This document shows, one piece after another, positions 10,092-19,968 of a stretch of 49,949 bases of DNA. The position numbers and the translations under genes were made by a program. Position 1 is the first letter of the stretch; each line of letters starts with the position of its first letter. The notes beneath the pieces were generated by a model. That model saw only the letters and a program-made list of their open reading frames with translations. It did no database searches and had not been told where the DNA came from. Source of the stretch: a phage; the sequence record OZ470806.1. The stretch is one strand, 5' to 3'.

Positions 10092-10122
10092 CATAATCAA
10101 TTCTTTTAACAAAAAGTGCTAT
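10092..10122 (+). promoter_or_regulatory. -10-like CATAAT followed by reverse-oriented copy of the 20-bp conserved element
   Basis: CATAAT 10092-10097; TTTTAACAAAAAGTGCTAT 10104-10122 ends 13 nt before ATG 10136. Confidence 0.35.
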
Positions 10123-10135
10123 CAAGGAGAAAGAA

Positions 10136-10453
10136 ATGTCAAAAATGAAATTGACGATTGGGCCGCTTCCTGACTTTAAATTACCAGTGAAATTTGCAAT
10201 GCCTAACGGAGAAGATCAAACAATTATCTTCACAGTTCGCCACCGCAAAACAAGTGAGATTCACGATCGCTACACGTCAGATACTCCAATGAGCGATGTT
10301 GAAATGATCACCTTCCTTGCTTCCGGTTGGAATCTTGATGATGAATTTAACGAAGAAAATATTAAACAGCTTCTTGATTACTACCCAGCAACAGCAATCG
10401 GATTAACTAGCGCATACATGAAAGCGCTTGCGGGGCAGCGAGTAAAAAACTAA
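10136..10453 (+). CDS. tail assembly chaperone (G-like, zero-frame product)
   Basis: 105 aa, immediately upstream of tape measure; ends at slippery site. Confidence 0.7.
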   Translation: MSKMKLTIGPLPDFKLPVKFAMPNGEDQTIIFTVRHRKTSEIHDRYTSDTPMSDVEMITFLASGWNLDDEFNEENIKQLLDYYPATAIGLTSAYMKALAGQRVKN

Positions 10454-10764
10454 AAAGGGCGGTTTACCTGTTTTATCAGAAACCGCCGACAGATGCAGAG
10501 CTTGAGGCTGTTGGCCTTACAAGGGCAGACTATGAAGGAGAAGATCCGCCAGAGGTTATATTTGATGAAAGCATGATGCAATCATGGGATATATTTTGCG
10601 CAATGCAAACGCAATGGAGATGTTCTGGCGGTGGCGCTTACGGATTTGATTATAATGTCTTGCCTATGCTTTTTGAGATTTACAAGGTTGAGGATCGCGA
10701 GATGGCGCTAAACGACTTGCGAATCATGGAGCAAAAAGCACTTGAAATGATGCATTCAAAATAA
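10136..10764 (+). CDS. tail assembly chaperone, -1 frameshift fusion product (GT-like)
   Basis: A_AAA_AAC heptamer 10444-10450 in zero frame; -1 frame open from there to 10764; 8-bp hairpin GGGCGGTTT/AAACCGCC 10457-10487 starts 6 nt downstream. Confidence 0.6.
10444..10450 (+). other. programmed -1 ribosomal frameshift slippery heptamer A_AAA_AAC
   Basis: X_XXY_YYZ pattern in frame of 10136 ORF, 2 codons before its stop. Confidence 0.6.
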
Positions 10765-10786
10765 GCGCCTACGGGCGCTTTTTTAT
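10764..10786 (+). terminator. rho-independent terminator
   Basis: hairpin AGCGCC-tacg-GGCGCT followed by T6. Confidence 0.55.
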
Positions 10787-10803
10787 TACCTGGAGGATTA
10801 ATA

Positions 10804-13476
10804 ATGTCAGAACAATACGCAGGCTTGACGCTTGGGGTTGACGTTTCTCAACTCAACAATGCTGTAAAGTCTTTGCAGCAATTCAAGAAGGCAAACGACG
10901 ACGCAAAGGGAAGCATTGAGAGTTTTGTTGATTCAGAGGTTGTTGCAAGACAAAGAGCCAAACAACTGGCTGAGGAATTGGCAAAGCAGAAGCAAGAATT
11001 TAAAGCAATTCAGTCGGCAATAGATCCGACAGCAAGCAAAATGGATAAGTTGCGCCAGGCTGCGACACAGCTTGATGCGCTTTGGAAAAAAGGAATTGTG
11101 CCGGATGATACATTCTTTGAGTTAGGATCAATTCTTGAGACGCAGCAAAATAAACTGATCGCAACTAAGAAGGCGCTAACTGAAGAAGGCCGCGCGGCGC
11201 TTGAGGAAGCAAAAAATAAGGCAAGGGCAGAGGCTGAGGCAAGAAAGTTCATTGCGGCATTGCAGGCGCAAGCTGACGCAGCGGAAAAAACAAAATCAGA
11301 GCTTGTCGAAATGAGAGCCGCACAACTTGGAGTTAGTGCAGAGGCAGCGCCATTTATTGCAAAAATGAAGGAGCAGGAAAAACAAGCCTCAAAACTTGGC
11401 GTTTCTATGGGGCAGTACAAGCAAGCAATGGCGCAATTGCCAATGCAGATCACTGACGTTGTTACTTCTCTTGCTTCAGGTATGCCAGTATGGATGATCG
11501 CAATCCAGCAGGGGGGGCAAATCAAGGACTCATTCGGCGGTGTTGCTAATACGTTTAAAGCGCTAATGACATTTGTCACGCCGCTAAGTGTTGGCATGAC
11601 GGCGCTGACTGGTGCGCTTGGTTATGCTGCATATAATGCATACAAAGCAAATGCGCAACTAAAGGAGATCACAAAAACCGTTCAGGAGGCAACTGGTCTT
11701 TCTGGTGATTTTGCGGAGCGTATTGCAACTGGAATCCAGGCGCTATCTGACAAGACAGGAGAGAGCGCAGACAATATCTCAAAGGCTTACATAAGCACGA
11801 AGGATGGAGCAAGCGAGGCTATACAAAAACTCGTCGATGTTGGTTTTACCTATGATGAAGCAAAGGCTAAGGTAAACGAATACAAAAACGCATCAAGTTT
11901 TGTAAGTCTTAACAATGAAATTGCTGATCACAAAAACAAAGTTCTTGAGCTTGGTGATTCATGGTATGCGGTCTTAAAAGCAAAACGTGATTATGCTTCA
12001 CCGTCCGGCGGGCTGTTGGGGAAAGAGCTTGGTTATGTGAATCCAATGCTGCAATTTGCGAAGAACACCTATGAGGATATAGGAAAGATCGTAAAAGATG
12101 CGAATAAGGATATGGCGGAACGAGCAGCACGCATCGACAGAGAAAACCTTTCATTAAACAGAGTTCGAGCGGCGCAAGAGGCTTTAAACAAAGCCATAGA
12201 GGATCAGAAGAACGTAGCAAGGACAGCAGACGAAGAGTTGAAAAAGCGCGCGGCTGAGAACGTGGAGTTCAGGCGAAAAGAGCTTGAAGAGGCGAAGAAG
12301 GCGCAGCAGCAAAAGGAGAAAGTTGGTGGAGTTGTAAAAGCACCAACAGAGCAGCTTGATAAGGAGCTATATGTTCTCAAGGCGCAACTTGAAACGCTGA
12401 AAGAGCACCGAACTGTAAATGATGTTATTTCACGCCAGAGGCAATCTTTGTGGAGCATTGAAAAGCAGATCCAGATCCTTGAGGAAGCGCAAAGTAAACG
12501 CAAGCTGACAAAAGCGGAACAGGCATTATTAAACGAGCAAAAAGCAGTTATTGCTATGGCAAAAGAAAAGGCAGAGATAGGCAATCAGATTGTTTTGCAA
12601 CAGAGAAAGAACAAGCAATACCAGGAAGGGCTTAAATTCATTCAGCAAACATCAGATGCTATTGACGCTATGAACTTGCGACAGTCTGGAGCTACAGATC
12701 TGCAAATCCAGCGAGAGCTTGAGTTGAAGAAGTTGCGAACTGATTATGTTGCTGGCGGCGGTAGTATCGACGATGAAATTTATCAGCAGATGGAAGCAAA
12801 GCTGAAGGAGTATTACGCCACTGAGGATCAGCTTAGAAATAACTGGATTGCAGGAGCAAAAAACGCATGGGAGGTTTACGGACAAGATGCAATGGATATG
12901 TACGGCAACGTGCAAGATATTGCAAGCGAGGCGCTCAACGGTCTAACCAACCAAATGGCTACATTCCTTGCAACAGGAAAGGCAAACTTTAAGAGCTTCG
13001 CAACGTCAATCATCCAAATGATTATCCAGATGATCACAAAGATGGTTATCTTTAATGCCATATCCGGTGCGATTGGCGGTGACACTTGGACGATTGGAAG
13101 CCTTCTTAAAAATGTTGGATTTGCAACTGGTGGATACACTGGCGACGGCGGGAAGTATGAGCCAGCAGGTGTTGTTCATAAAGGCGAGTTTGTCATGACG
13201 AAGGAGGCCACGAAGCGGATCGGAGTTGGAAATCTTTACAAAATGATGCGCGGTTATGCAAATGGCGGCGTTGTTGGCGGCACTTCATACACTGGCGGAG
13301 GAGTTTCATCTGGAGCAACAAATCTTAATATTGGCGGGATCAGCGTTGATATTAACAACGGAAGCGATCCGAAAGGGTTGGAGACTGGCGTAAAAATGAT
13401 TTTCACTGATATGATTAAGCGTTCCTGTACGCAGGGTGGGGAAGTTTACGAATTTGTTATGTCTAAGCGGGGGTGA
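10804..13476 (+). CDS. tail tape measure protein
   Basis: 890 aa; long Ala/Glu/Lys/Gln-rich coiled-coil region; Gly-rich C-terminus; follows G/GT pair. Confidence 0.9.
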   Translation: MSEQYAGLTLGVDVSQLNNAVKSLQQFKKANDDAKGSIESFVDSEVVARQRAKQLAEELAKQKQEFKAIQSAIDPTASKMDKLRQAATQLDALWKKGIVPDDTFFELGSILETQQNKLIATKKALTEEGRAALEEAKNKARAEAEARKFIAALQAQADAAEKTKSELVEMRAAQLGVSAEAAPFIAKMKEQEKQASKLGVSMGQYKQAMAQLPMQITDVVTSLASGMPVWMIAIQQGGQIKDSFGGVANTFKALMTFVTPLSVGMTALTGALGYAAYNAYKANAQLKEITKTVQEATGLSGDFAERIATGIQALSDKTGESADNISKAYISTKDGASEAIQKLVDVGFTYDEAKAKVNEYKNASSFVSLNNEIADHKNKVLELGDSWYAVLKAKRDYASPSGGLLGKELGYVNPMLQFAKNTYEDIGKIVKDANKDMAERAARIDRENLSLNRVRAAQEALNKAIEDQKNVARTADEELKKRAAENVEFRRKELEEAKKAQQQKEKVGGVVKAPTEQLDKELYVLKAQLETLKEHRTVNDVISRQRQSLWSIEKQIQILEEAQSKRKLTKAEQALLNEQKAVIAMAKEKAEIGNQIVLQQRKNKQYQEGLKFIQQTSDAIDAMNLRQSGATDLQIQRELELKKLRTDYVAGGGSIDDEIYQQMEAKLKEYYATEDQLRNNWIAGAKNAWEVYGQDAMDMYGNVQDIASEALNGLTNQMATFLATGKANFKSFATSIIQMIIQMITKMVIFNAISGAIGGDTWTIGSLLKNVGFATGGYTGDGGKYEPAGVVHKGEFVMTKEATKRIGVGNLYKMMRGYANGGVVGGTSYTGGGVSSGATNLNIGGISVDINNGSDPKGLETGVKMIFTDMIKRSCTQGGEVYEFVMSKRG

Positions 13477-13532
13477 TAGTGAAACTTGAGCAATTCAAAT
13501 GGTGCACGCAAACGCAAGGAGGCGGCGGCACT

Positions 13533-13829
13533 ATGACCACATCAAATAACGACAGGGAAATCTCATTTGGTAATGGTTACACGCAGGTTGCGTCAGGAGG
13601 GTTTAACACGGTACGCAGGGAGTTTTCCATTGTCTATGTTGGCAAGGATTACAGAGACGTTGTTGACTTCCTGAATGGACACAGGCTGAAGCCGTTTTTA
13701 TGGTTTATGCCTGACGGTCAACCTGGTCTATTCAGGGTAAAATCTGGTAGCGTTGGATTAACTCCAATATCAGCAACCGTTCAGGAAGTGAAAGCAACAT
13801 TTACTGAGCAATTTACATCAATGCAATAA
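13533..13829 (+). CDS. minor tail protein (lambda gpM-like position)
   Basis: ATG 13533 preceded by AAGGAGG (ORF track extends to GTG 13473 overlapping tape-measure stop); first gene of M-L-K-I-J-like order. Confidence 0.55.
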   Translation: MTTSNNDREISFGNGYTQVASGGFNTVRREFSIVYVGKDYRDVVDFLNGHRLKPFLWFMPDGQPGLFRVKSGSVGLTPISATVQEVKATFTEQFTSMQ

Positions 13830-13832
13830 TTC

Positions 13833-13857
13833 AAGCCGCCTTTGTGCGGCTTTTTTA
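13833..13857 (+). terminator. rho-independent terminator
   Basis: hairpin AGCCGC-ctttgt-GCGGCT followed by T6. Confidence 0.6.
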
Positions 13858-13890
13858 TTGATGATACAATGCACGAAAGGAGGTGCAATC

Positions 13891-14652
13891 ATGGCTAATG
13901 AAACAACAGGTCGCGCGGATCTTGAAAATTGTCTGCAAAGCCTTTACCCTGGCGAGATTATCACGCTAATTGAGATTGACGGCACAAAGTTTGGCGCAAA
14001 CATTTACCGCATACACAATGAGAACATCTCATACACTGCGGAAGAATTATTGCAGGCGCGAGAAACTGGAGTTCTTCCGCCGAAAGAGATTACATTCCGT
14101 GGCGAGGTTTACGGCGCGCGACCGTTTGGAATATCTGGAATCAACTTCACAAGCAACGGAAAGGCTGATAAGCCACAATTGATACTATCAAACCTTGATA
14201 GCCAGGTGAGCGCGATGATTCGCAACTTTAACGGCATGATGCAAGCTAAGGTTACAATCTGGATCACGCCAGCGGAATTAATGGGGAAAGATGGCAGCAT
14301 TAAAGATGGAGCCTCAAGAAAGCTGGTTTACTACATTGAGCGCCCAAGCCATTACAATAGAATGATGGCGAAATTTGACCTGACATCGCCTTATGATATG
14401 GATGGAATAATGATTCCTCCGCGAATAACTCAAAGCGTTTGTTATTGGGCGCAGCGTGGATGGTATAGAAGCGGAAAAGGTTGCGGATACAATGGATCGC
14501 GAATGTTTGACAAAGACAACAATCCTATAACCGATCCATCTCAAGACTTTTGCGCCGGAACTGTAACAGCGTGCAAACTTCGTTTTGGTGCAGATAAGCA
14601 GCTTGATTTTGGCGGCGCACCAGTAGCAAGCCTGTTAAGGAGAAATCAGTGA
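13891..14652 (+). CDS. minor tail protein L-like
   Basis: ATG 13891 after RBS GAAAGGAGG; C-terminal Cys cluster (CYW...C..C...C) like the Fe-S site of lambda gpL. Confidence 0.7.
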   Translation: MANETTGRADLENCLQSLYPGEIITLIEIDGTKFGANIYRIHNENISYTAEELLQARETGVLPPKEITFRGEVYGARPFGISGINFTSNGKADKPQLILSNLDSQVSAMIRNFNGMMQAKVTIWITPAELMGKDGSIKDGASRKLVYYIERPSHYNRMMAKFDLTSPYDMDGIMIPPRITQSVCYWAQRGWYRSGKGCGYNGSRMFDKDNNPITDPSQDFCAGTVTACKLRFGADKQLDFGGAPVASLLRRNQ

Positions 14653-14969
14653 TGATTAGTGCAAAAATAAAACTTGAAATAATGCAGCACGTAAAAGATG
14701 AATACCCGCGCGAGGCGTGCGGGGTTATCACTCAAAAATCACGCGTGCAAAAATACCACCGCGTAACCAACGTGCATGATGATCCTGAAAATCATTTTGA
14801 GATGAACGCAATTGAATACGTTGAGGCGTGTGAAAGTGGCGAGCTTATTGCTGTTGTGCATAGCCACACTGGAGACGGGGCAAGTACAATTCCAGCGCCC
14901 ATGATACATGCATGTGTGATGAGATGGGTGTTTCATGGGTTATTGTGTCATGGCCAGAAGGTGATATGA
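14649..14969 (+). CDS. tail tip assembly protein K-like, N-terminal MPN/JAMM-like part
   Basis: REACG ... VVHSH motif; frame ends at 14969 while the NlpC/P60-like part continues in another frame. Confidence 0.6.
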   Translation: MMISAKIKLEIMQHVKDEYPREACGVITQKSRVQKYHRVTNVHDDPENHFEMNAIEYVEACESGELIAVVHSHTGDGASTIPAPMIHACVMRWVFHGLLCHGQKVI

Positions 14970-15382
14970 GAATAATTGAGCCTGAATCTCGTCCTCTGAT
15001 TGGTCGCCCGTGGTCGCTTGGGGCGTATGATTGCTGGGGGCTTATTATGGCATGGCACAAGCAACATGGCGTTATCCTGAATGATTTCAGGAAACCATAT
15101 GAATGGTGGAAGCCTGAGCACGGCGAAAATCTTTACCAGGAAAATTATCTGAAAGAGGGTTTTGTTGAAACAGGAGAGCCGCCAAAACCTGGTGATATGG
15201 TTATCTTTCAGCTTTCCGCGCCAGTGTGGAATCATGCAGGCATTTATCTTGGCAACAATCAATTGCTTCATCATGCCTTTGGCAAGTTGTCAAGGGTTGA
15301 TTTGTATTCTGGATGGTATCAGGAACATGCAAAAATGGTTTGTAGACATAAGGATCTGAAATATGACTTTGAAGGTAATTAA
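14912..15382 (+). CDS. tail tip assembly protein K-like, C-terminal NlpC/P60-like part
   Basis: DCWGL (Cys) and NHAGIY (His) motifs; frame open from 14864, overlapping previous ORF. Confidence 0.6.
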   Translation: MCDEMGVSWVIVSWPEGDMRIIEPESRPLIGRPWSLGAYDCWGLIMAWHKQHGVILNDFRKPYEWWKPEHGENLYQENYLKEGFVETGEPPKPGDMVIFQLSAPVWNHAGIYLGNNQLLHHAFGKLSRVDLYSGWYQEHAKMVCRHKDLKYDFEGN

Positions 15383-15959
15383 ATTATCTGGATCTTTAGG
15401 CCGAAGATTTGGAGTATTTCATAAGCTGGCTGTTGATTCATACCCCGAAGCAATACGCGCACTATCTTCGCAGGTGGAAGGATTCAAGGACTACATGCAA
15501 AGCGAAGTAGGATCGCGAATGCGTTACGCTGTATTTGTTGACGGTAAGAATGTAGGACAGCACGATGAAAAAGCGTGGCAATGCGCAAAGGAAGTGAGGA
15601 TTATTCCAATCCCAACAGGTTCAAAGTCTGGCGGGTTGTTTCAGGTTGTTCTTGGCGCGGTTATTATGGCGACTGCATTTTTCACTGGCGGCGCTTCACT
15701 TGCGTTAATGGGTGCTTTTGCATCGTCTGCCTTTATGATGGGTGGAGCAATGGTACTTGGCGGAGTAATGCAAATGATCTCACCGCAGCAAGGAGGATCA
15801 AGATTGTCATCCCAATCAGCAGAAAACAAGCCGTCTTATGCTTTCGGTGGCGCTGTTAACACAACGGCAGCAGGATACCCAATACCATTGCCATATGGTC
15901 AAAGGACCGTCGGCGGAGCTATCTGGTCGGCTGGCAGCTATGCAGAGGACAAGGCTTAA
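15363..15959 (+). CDS. tail assembly protein I-like
   Basis: 198 aa; Gly/Ala-rich hydrophobic C-terminal half; between K-like and J-like genes. Confidence 0.6.
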   Translation: MTLKVIKLSGSLGRRFGVFHKLAVDSYPEAIRALSSQVEGFKDYMQSEVGSRMRYAVFVDGKNVGQHDEKAWQCAKEVRIIPIPTGSKSGGLFQVVLGAVIMATAFFTGGASLALMGAFASSAFMMGGAMVLGGVMQMISPQQGGSRLSSQSAENKPSYAFGGAVNTTAAGYPIPLPYGQRTVGGAIWSAGSYAEDKA

Positions 15960-15968
15960 TATAAAAGA

Positions 15969-15994
15969 GTCGCGCGTTGCGCGGCTTTTTTTTT
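15969..15994 (+). terminator. rho-independent terminator
   Basis: 7-bp GC stem (GTCGCGC/GCGCGGC) followed by T9. Confidence 0.65.
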
Positions 15995-16039
15995 GCCCGT
16001 ATAATTCAACAAATCAAATAGCACAAAAGGTGAAAAAGA

Positions 16040-19000
16040 ATGGCTGAAAATATGATAACGGGAAGTAAGGGTGGATCATCAAAACCTTATGTTCCGAAAG
16101 AGATGGAAGATAACCTGATCTCAATCAACAAAATCAAAATCCTTCTTGCCGTTTCCGATGGCGAGTGCGATCCAGATTTTACACTTCGCGATCTGTATCT
16201 TGATGATGTTCCGGTAATTGCAGACGACGGAACTGTTAACTACCAGGGTGTGAAAGCTGAATTTCGACCTGGAACGCAGACGCAAGATTACATCCAGGGG
16301 TTTACTGATACATCAAGCGAAGTGACGCTGGCGCGTGACATTACGACGACAAATCCTTATGTAATTTCTGTAACCAACAAAACATTATCGGCTATCAGAA
16401 TAAAAATGCTAATGCCAACAGGCATTAAGCAAGAGGATAACGGCGATCTTGTCGGCGTTAAGGTTACTTATGCTGTTGATATGGCTGTTGACGGAGACTC
16501 TTACAAAGAAGTATTGCGAGACACTATCGAAGGTAAAACACGTTCAGGTTACGACAGAAGCCGAAGGATTGACCTTCCGGCATTTAATGATCGCGTATTA
16601 CTTAGGGTTAGAAGGGTTACGGCAGACAGCGCATCTTCTCGTGTTACTGATTTGATTAAGCTACAAAGTTACGCTGAGGTTATTGATGCAAAATTCCGTT
16701 ATCCTATGACTGGTCTTGTTTACGTTGAATTTGACAGCGAATTGTTCCCAAACCAGATCCCTAACATTTCAATCAAGAAGAAATGGAAGCTGATTAATGT
16801 ACCAAGCAACTATGACCCTGTATCTAGAGAGTATAGAGGTTCATGGGATGGAACGTTCAAGAAAGCGTGGTCGAATAATCCGGCGTGGGTGCTTTATGAC
16901 ATTATCACAAACCAGCGATATGGATTAGATCAGCGAGAACTTGGTGTACAGGTTGATAAATGGAGTCTTTACGAGGCGGCGCAATACTGCGATCAGAAAG
17001 TTCCTGACGGGAAAGGCGGTACAGAGCCGCGTTATCTATGCGACGTTGTGATTCAAAGCCAGATTGAGGCTTATCAGCTTATTCGTGATATTTGCTCAAT
17101 CTTCAGAGGCATGAGCTTTTGGAATGGCGAGAGCTTGTCAATCGTCATTGATAAGCCGCGCGATCCGTCGTACATCTTCACCAATGACAACGTTGTTGAT
17201 GGTGATTTTCAGTACACAACAGCAAGCGAAAAGAGCATGTACACGCAGTGCAACGTGACGTTTGACGACGAACAAAACATGTATCAACAGGACGTAGAGG
17301 GCGTATTCGACACAGAGGCCGCATTGCGCTTTGGGTACAATCCGACAAGCATAACAGCGATCGGATGTACACGCAGGAGTGAGGCTAATCGGCGCGGTCG
17401 ATGGATACTAAAAACCAACTTGCGCAGCACTACGGTAAACTTTGCTACTGGACTGGAAGGCATGATCCCATCAATAGGTGATGTGATTGCTATTGCTGAC
17501 AACTTTCACAGCAGCAACCTGAAGTTAAACCTATCAGGGCGCGTGATGGAAGTTTCCGGCTTGCAGGTATTCGTTCCGTTTAAGATTGATGCTAGACCAG
17601 GTGATTTCATTATCATCAACAAGCCGGACGGTAAGCCAGTTAAGCGCACAATCTCAAAGGTAAGCGGTGACGGAAAAACCATTGAACTAAACATTGGGTT
17701 TGGGTTTGAAGTTAAACCGGATACAGTTTTTGCAATCGACCGCACTGATGTTGCATTGCAGCAATACGTTGTAACGAGTATCGGCAAAGGTGATGATGAT
17801 GATGAATTTACATACTCCATCACGGCTGTTGAATATGACCCGAACAAATACGACGAGATTGATTATGGAGTAAATATTGACGACAGGCCAACTTCAATTG
17901 TCCAGCCTGACACAATGGCAGCGCCTGAAAATGTGCAAATATCCTCATACTCGCGAATTGTCCAGGGTGCAAGCGTTGAAACAATGGTTGTGTCGTGGGA
18001 TAAAGTACCTTACGCATCGCTGTATGAAATGCAATGGCGAAAAGGTGATGGCAACTGGCTGAATACACCACAGACCGCAAACAAAGAAATTGAGGTTGAA
18101 GGTATTTATTCAGGAAACTACCAGGTAAGGGTTAGATCTGTTTCTGCTTCAGGTTCGACTTCTCCGTGGTCCAGAATTGTAACAGCCTCACTGACAGGTA
18201 AGGTAGGAGAGCCAGGCGCTCCAGTTAACTTAACCGCATCCGACAATGAGGTGTTTGGCATTCGTGTTAAGTGGGGGATGCCAGAAGGGAGCGGAGACAC
18301 GGCATACATTGAACTTCATCAGTCGCCAGATGGAACAGCGGAAAACTCAAGCCTGTTAACGCTGATCCCATATCCACAATATGAATACTGGCACGGTACG
18401 CTTCCGGCTGGTCATGTTGTCTGGTATAGAATCCGCAGCGTTGACAGAATCGGCAACGTTTCCGGATGGACTGATTTTGTTAGAGGCATGGCTTCAGATG
18501 ATGTGGAGGCTGTTTTAGGTGATATTCTTGATAAGATTTTTGATACAGAAGCAGGCAAGGATCTGAAAGAGAACGCCATTGACAGTGCAAACAAGATAAA
18601 GGACCAGGCGCAAGCAATCATCCAGAATGCTCTTGCTAATGATGCTGATATTAAGTGGACGCGAGTACAAAACGGAAAGAGAAAGGCTGAATATGGTCAC
18701 GCTCTTGAGCTTATCGCCACAGAGACTGAGGCGCGAGTTACGCAGATTGAAGAATTGAGGGCATCAATCGACGAGGATATTGTTTCAAGCATAAAGACAG
18801 TGCAGGAGGCTATCGCCACAGAATCTGAAACGCGAGCAACTCAAATAAATGCTTTGGATTCAAAATTCACAACTGAAATTGACGGTGTAAAACGCGATAC
18901 AGCCGCAAGCATTAATCAGGTGAATCAAACCATTGCCAATGAGTCAGAAGCGCGCGCGCAGGCCGTTAACGCGCTTGATGCGAAGTTCACAAAGGAGATC

Positions 19001-19618
19001 GAAGATTTAAACGGAGTCATTAAGACTGAGGTTGAGGCTAACATCTCTGAAGTGAAACAGGCTATCGCTAACGAGACAGAAGCAAGGGTACAGGCTGACA
19101 AGGCGTTAACAGCTAAATTTGGAGACGTTGAATCTGCATTGTCGCAAAAACTTGATTCATGGGCTGGCGTGTCGTCTGTTGGTGCTAAATACTCAATGAA
19201 ATTGGGGTTAACATACAACGGTCAACAGTACAGCGCGGGGATGGTGATGCAGCTTTCGCAGAGTTCATCCGGCCTTATTTCGCAAATTTTGTTTGATGCG
19301 AACAGGTTCGCCATCATGACAAGTTCGACTGGCGGGGTGTATACGCTGCCTTTCGTGGTGGAAAATAACCAGGTATTCATTAACAGCCTGTTAGTTAAAA
19401 ACGGTTCAATTACAAATGCTATGATCGGTAATTATATTCAGTCGAATAACTTTGTTGCCAATCAGCAGGGTTGGAGGCTGGATAAAAACGGCAGATTTGA
19501 GAACTACGGTTCTACATCTGGAGAAGGGGCCATGAAGTTGACCAACGAAACGATAAGTGTACGTGACGCAAACGGGCGCTTGCGTGTTCAGATTGGTAGG
19601 CTTACTGGTACGTGGTAA
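16040..19618 (+). CDS. tail tip / host specificity protein J-like (central fibre)
   Basis: 1192 aa; follows I-like gene; C-terminal tandem coiled-coil repeats. Confidence 0.85.
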   Translation: MAENMITGSKGGSSKPYVPKEMEDNLISINKIKILLAVSDGECDPDFTLRDLYLDDVPVIADDGTVNYQGVKAEFRPGTQTQDYIQGFTDTSSEVTLARDITTTNPYVISVTNKTLSAIRIKMLMPTGIKQEDNGDLVGVKVTYAVDMAVDGDSYKEVLRDTIEGKTRSGYDRSRRIDLPAFNDRVLLRVRRVTADSASSRVTDLIKLQSYAEVIDAKFRYPMTGLVYVEFDSELFPNQIPNISIKKKWKLINVPSNYDPVSREYRGSWDGTFKKAWSNNPAWVLYDIITNQRYGLDQRELGVQVDKWSLYEAAQYCDQKVPDGKGGTEPRYLCDVVIQSQIEAYQLIRDICSIFRGMSFWNGESLSIVIDKPRDPSYIFTNDNVVDGDFQYTTASEKSMYTQCNVTFDDEQNMYQQDVEGVFDTEAALRFGYNPTSITAIGCTRRSEANRRGRWILKTNLRSTTVNFATGLEGMIPSIGDVIAIADNFHSSNLKLNLSGRVMEVSGLQVFVPFKIDARPGDFIIINKPDGKPVKRTISKVSGDGKTIELNIGFGFEVKPDTVFAIDRTDVALQQYVVTSIGKGDDDDEFTYSITAVEYDPNKYDEIDYGVNIDDRPTSIVQPDTMAAPENVQISSYSRIVQGASVETMVVSWDKVPYASLYEMQWRKGDGNWLNTPQTANKEIEVEGIYSGNYQVRVRSVSASGSTSPWSRIVTASLTGKVGEPGAPVNLTASDNEVFGIRVKWGMPEGSGDTAYIELHQSPDGTAENSSLLTLIPYPQYEYWHGTLPAGHVVWYRIRSVDRIGNVSGWTDFVRGMASDDVEAVLGDILDKIFDTEAGKDLKENAIDSANKIKDQAQAIIQNALANDADIKWTRVQNGKRKAEYGHALELIATETEARVTQIEELRASIDEDIVSSIKTVQEAIATESETRATQINALDSKFTTEIDGVKRDTAASINQVNQTIANESEARAQAVNALDAKFTKEIEDLNGVIKTEVEANISEVKQAIANETEARVQADKALTAKFGDVESALSQKLDSWAGVSSVGAKYSMKLGLTYNGQQYSAGMVMQLSQSSSGLISQILFDANRFAIMTSSTGGVYTLPFVVENNQVFINSLLVKNGSITNAMIGNYIQSNNFVANQQGWRLDKNGRFENYGSTSGEGAMKLTNETISVRDANGRLRVQIGRLTGTW
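18700..19150 (+). repeat. four tandem ~100-130 bp repeats inside J-like gene
   Basis: protein repeats IA(T/N)E(S/T)E(A/T)R...(L/N)A(L)D(S/A)KFT beginning near 18712, 18812, 18932, 19063. Confidence 0.55.
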
Positions 19619-19625
19619 AATCAAA

Positions 19626-19649
19626 GCGGGGCGTTTGCCCCGCATTTAT
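19626..19649 (+). terminator. hairpin, weak terminator
   Basis: GCGGGG-cgtttg-CCCCGC followed by ATTTAT. Confidence 0.4.
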
Positions 19650-19661
19650 GGAGGTTTAATA

Positions 19662-19967
19662 ATGGCTGAATATGGGATCTCAACTTGGGATGCAAACGGA
19701 AAATATAATAACTACGGGATTAAGCCAGTTTCCGTTGTTGGTGTCATCAGCCTTGCCGCTGGTCAGACAAGCGGATCGTGGAGCTTTAGCATTCCAAGTG
19801 GTTTTAAGGTTGGGTATGTTGTTTCACTTGATGAAGGTGCTAGAGGAGTTGGAAGGGAAATAGTAGCATCTGGAAATACAATAAGAATTAATCCTACATC
19901 GTCAATTGGTGCAAATAGGTATTCTTCTTCAAAGTGCGAGTTAGTTGTTTTTCTTGAGAGGGTTTAA
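19662..19967 (+). CDS. small tail-tip-associated protein (paralogue 1)
   Basis: ATG 19662 after RBS GGAGG; N-terminus MAEYGISTWDANGK. Confidence 0.45.
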   Translation: MAEYGISTWDANGKYNNYGIKPVSVVGVISLAAGQTSGSWSFSIPSGFKVGYVVSLDEGARGVGREIVASGNTIRINPTSSIGANRYSSSKCELVVFLERV

Positions 19968-19968
19968 A

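Noticed and set aside
11010-13139. Several minus-strand ORFs (e.g. 11010-11597, 11909-12220, 12204-12584, 12876-13139) inside the tape measure gene
   Set aside because: Fully embedded antisense to a long, well-supported coding region; Ser/Cys/Ala-rich translations typical of antisense reading of an Ala/Glu/Lys-rich gene; no RBS
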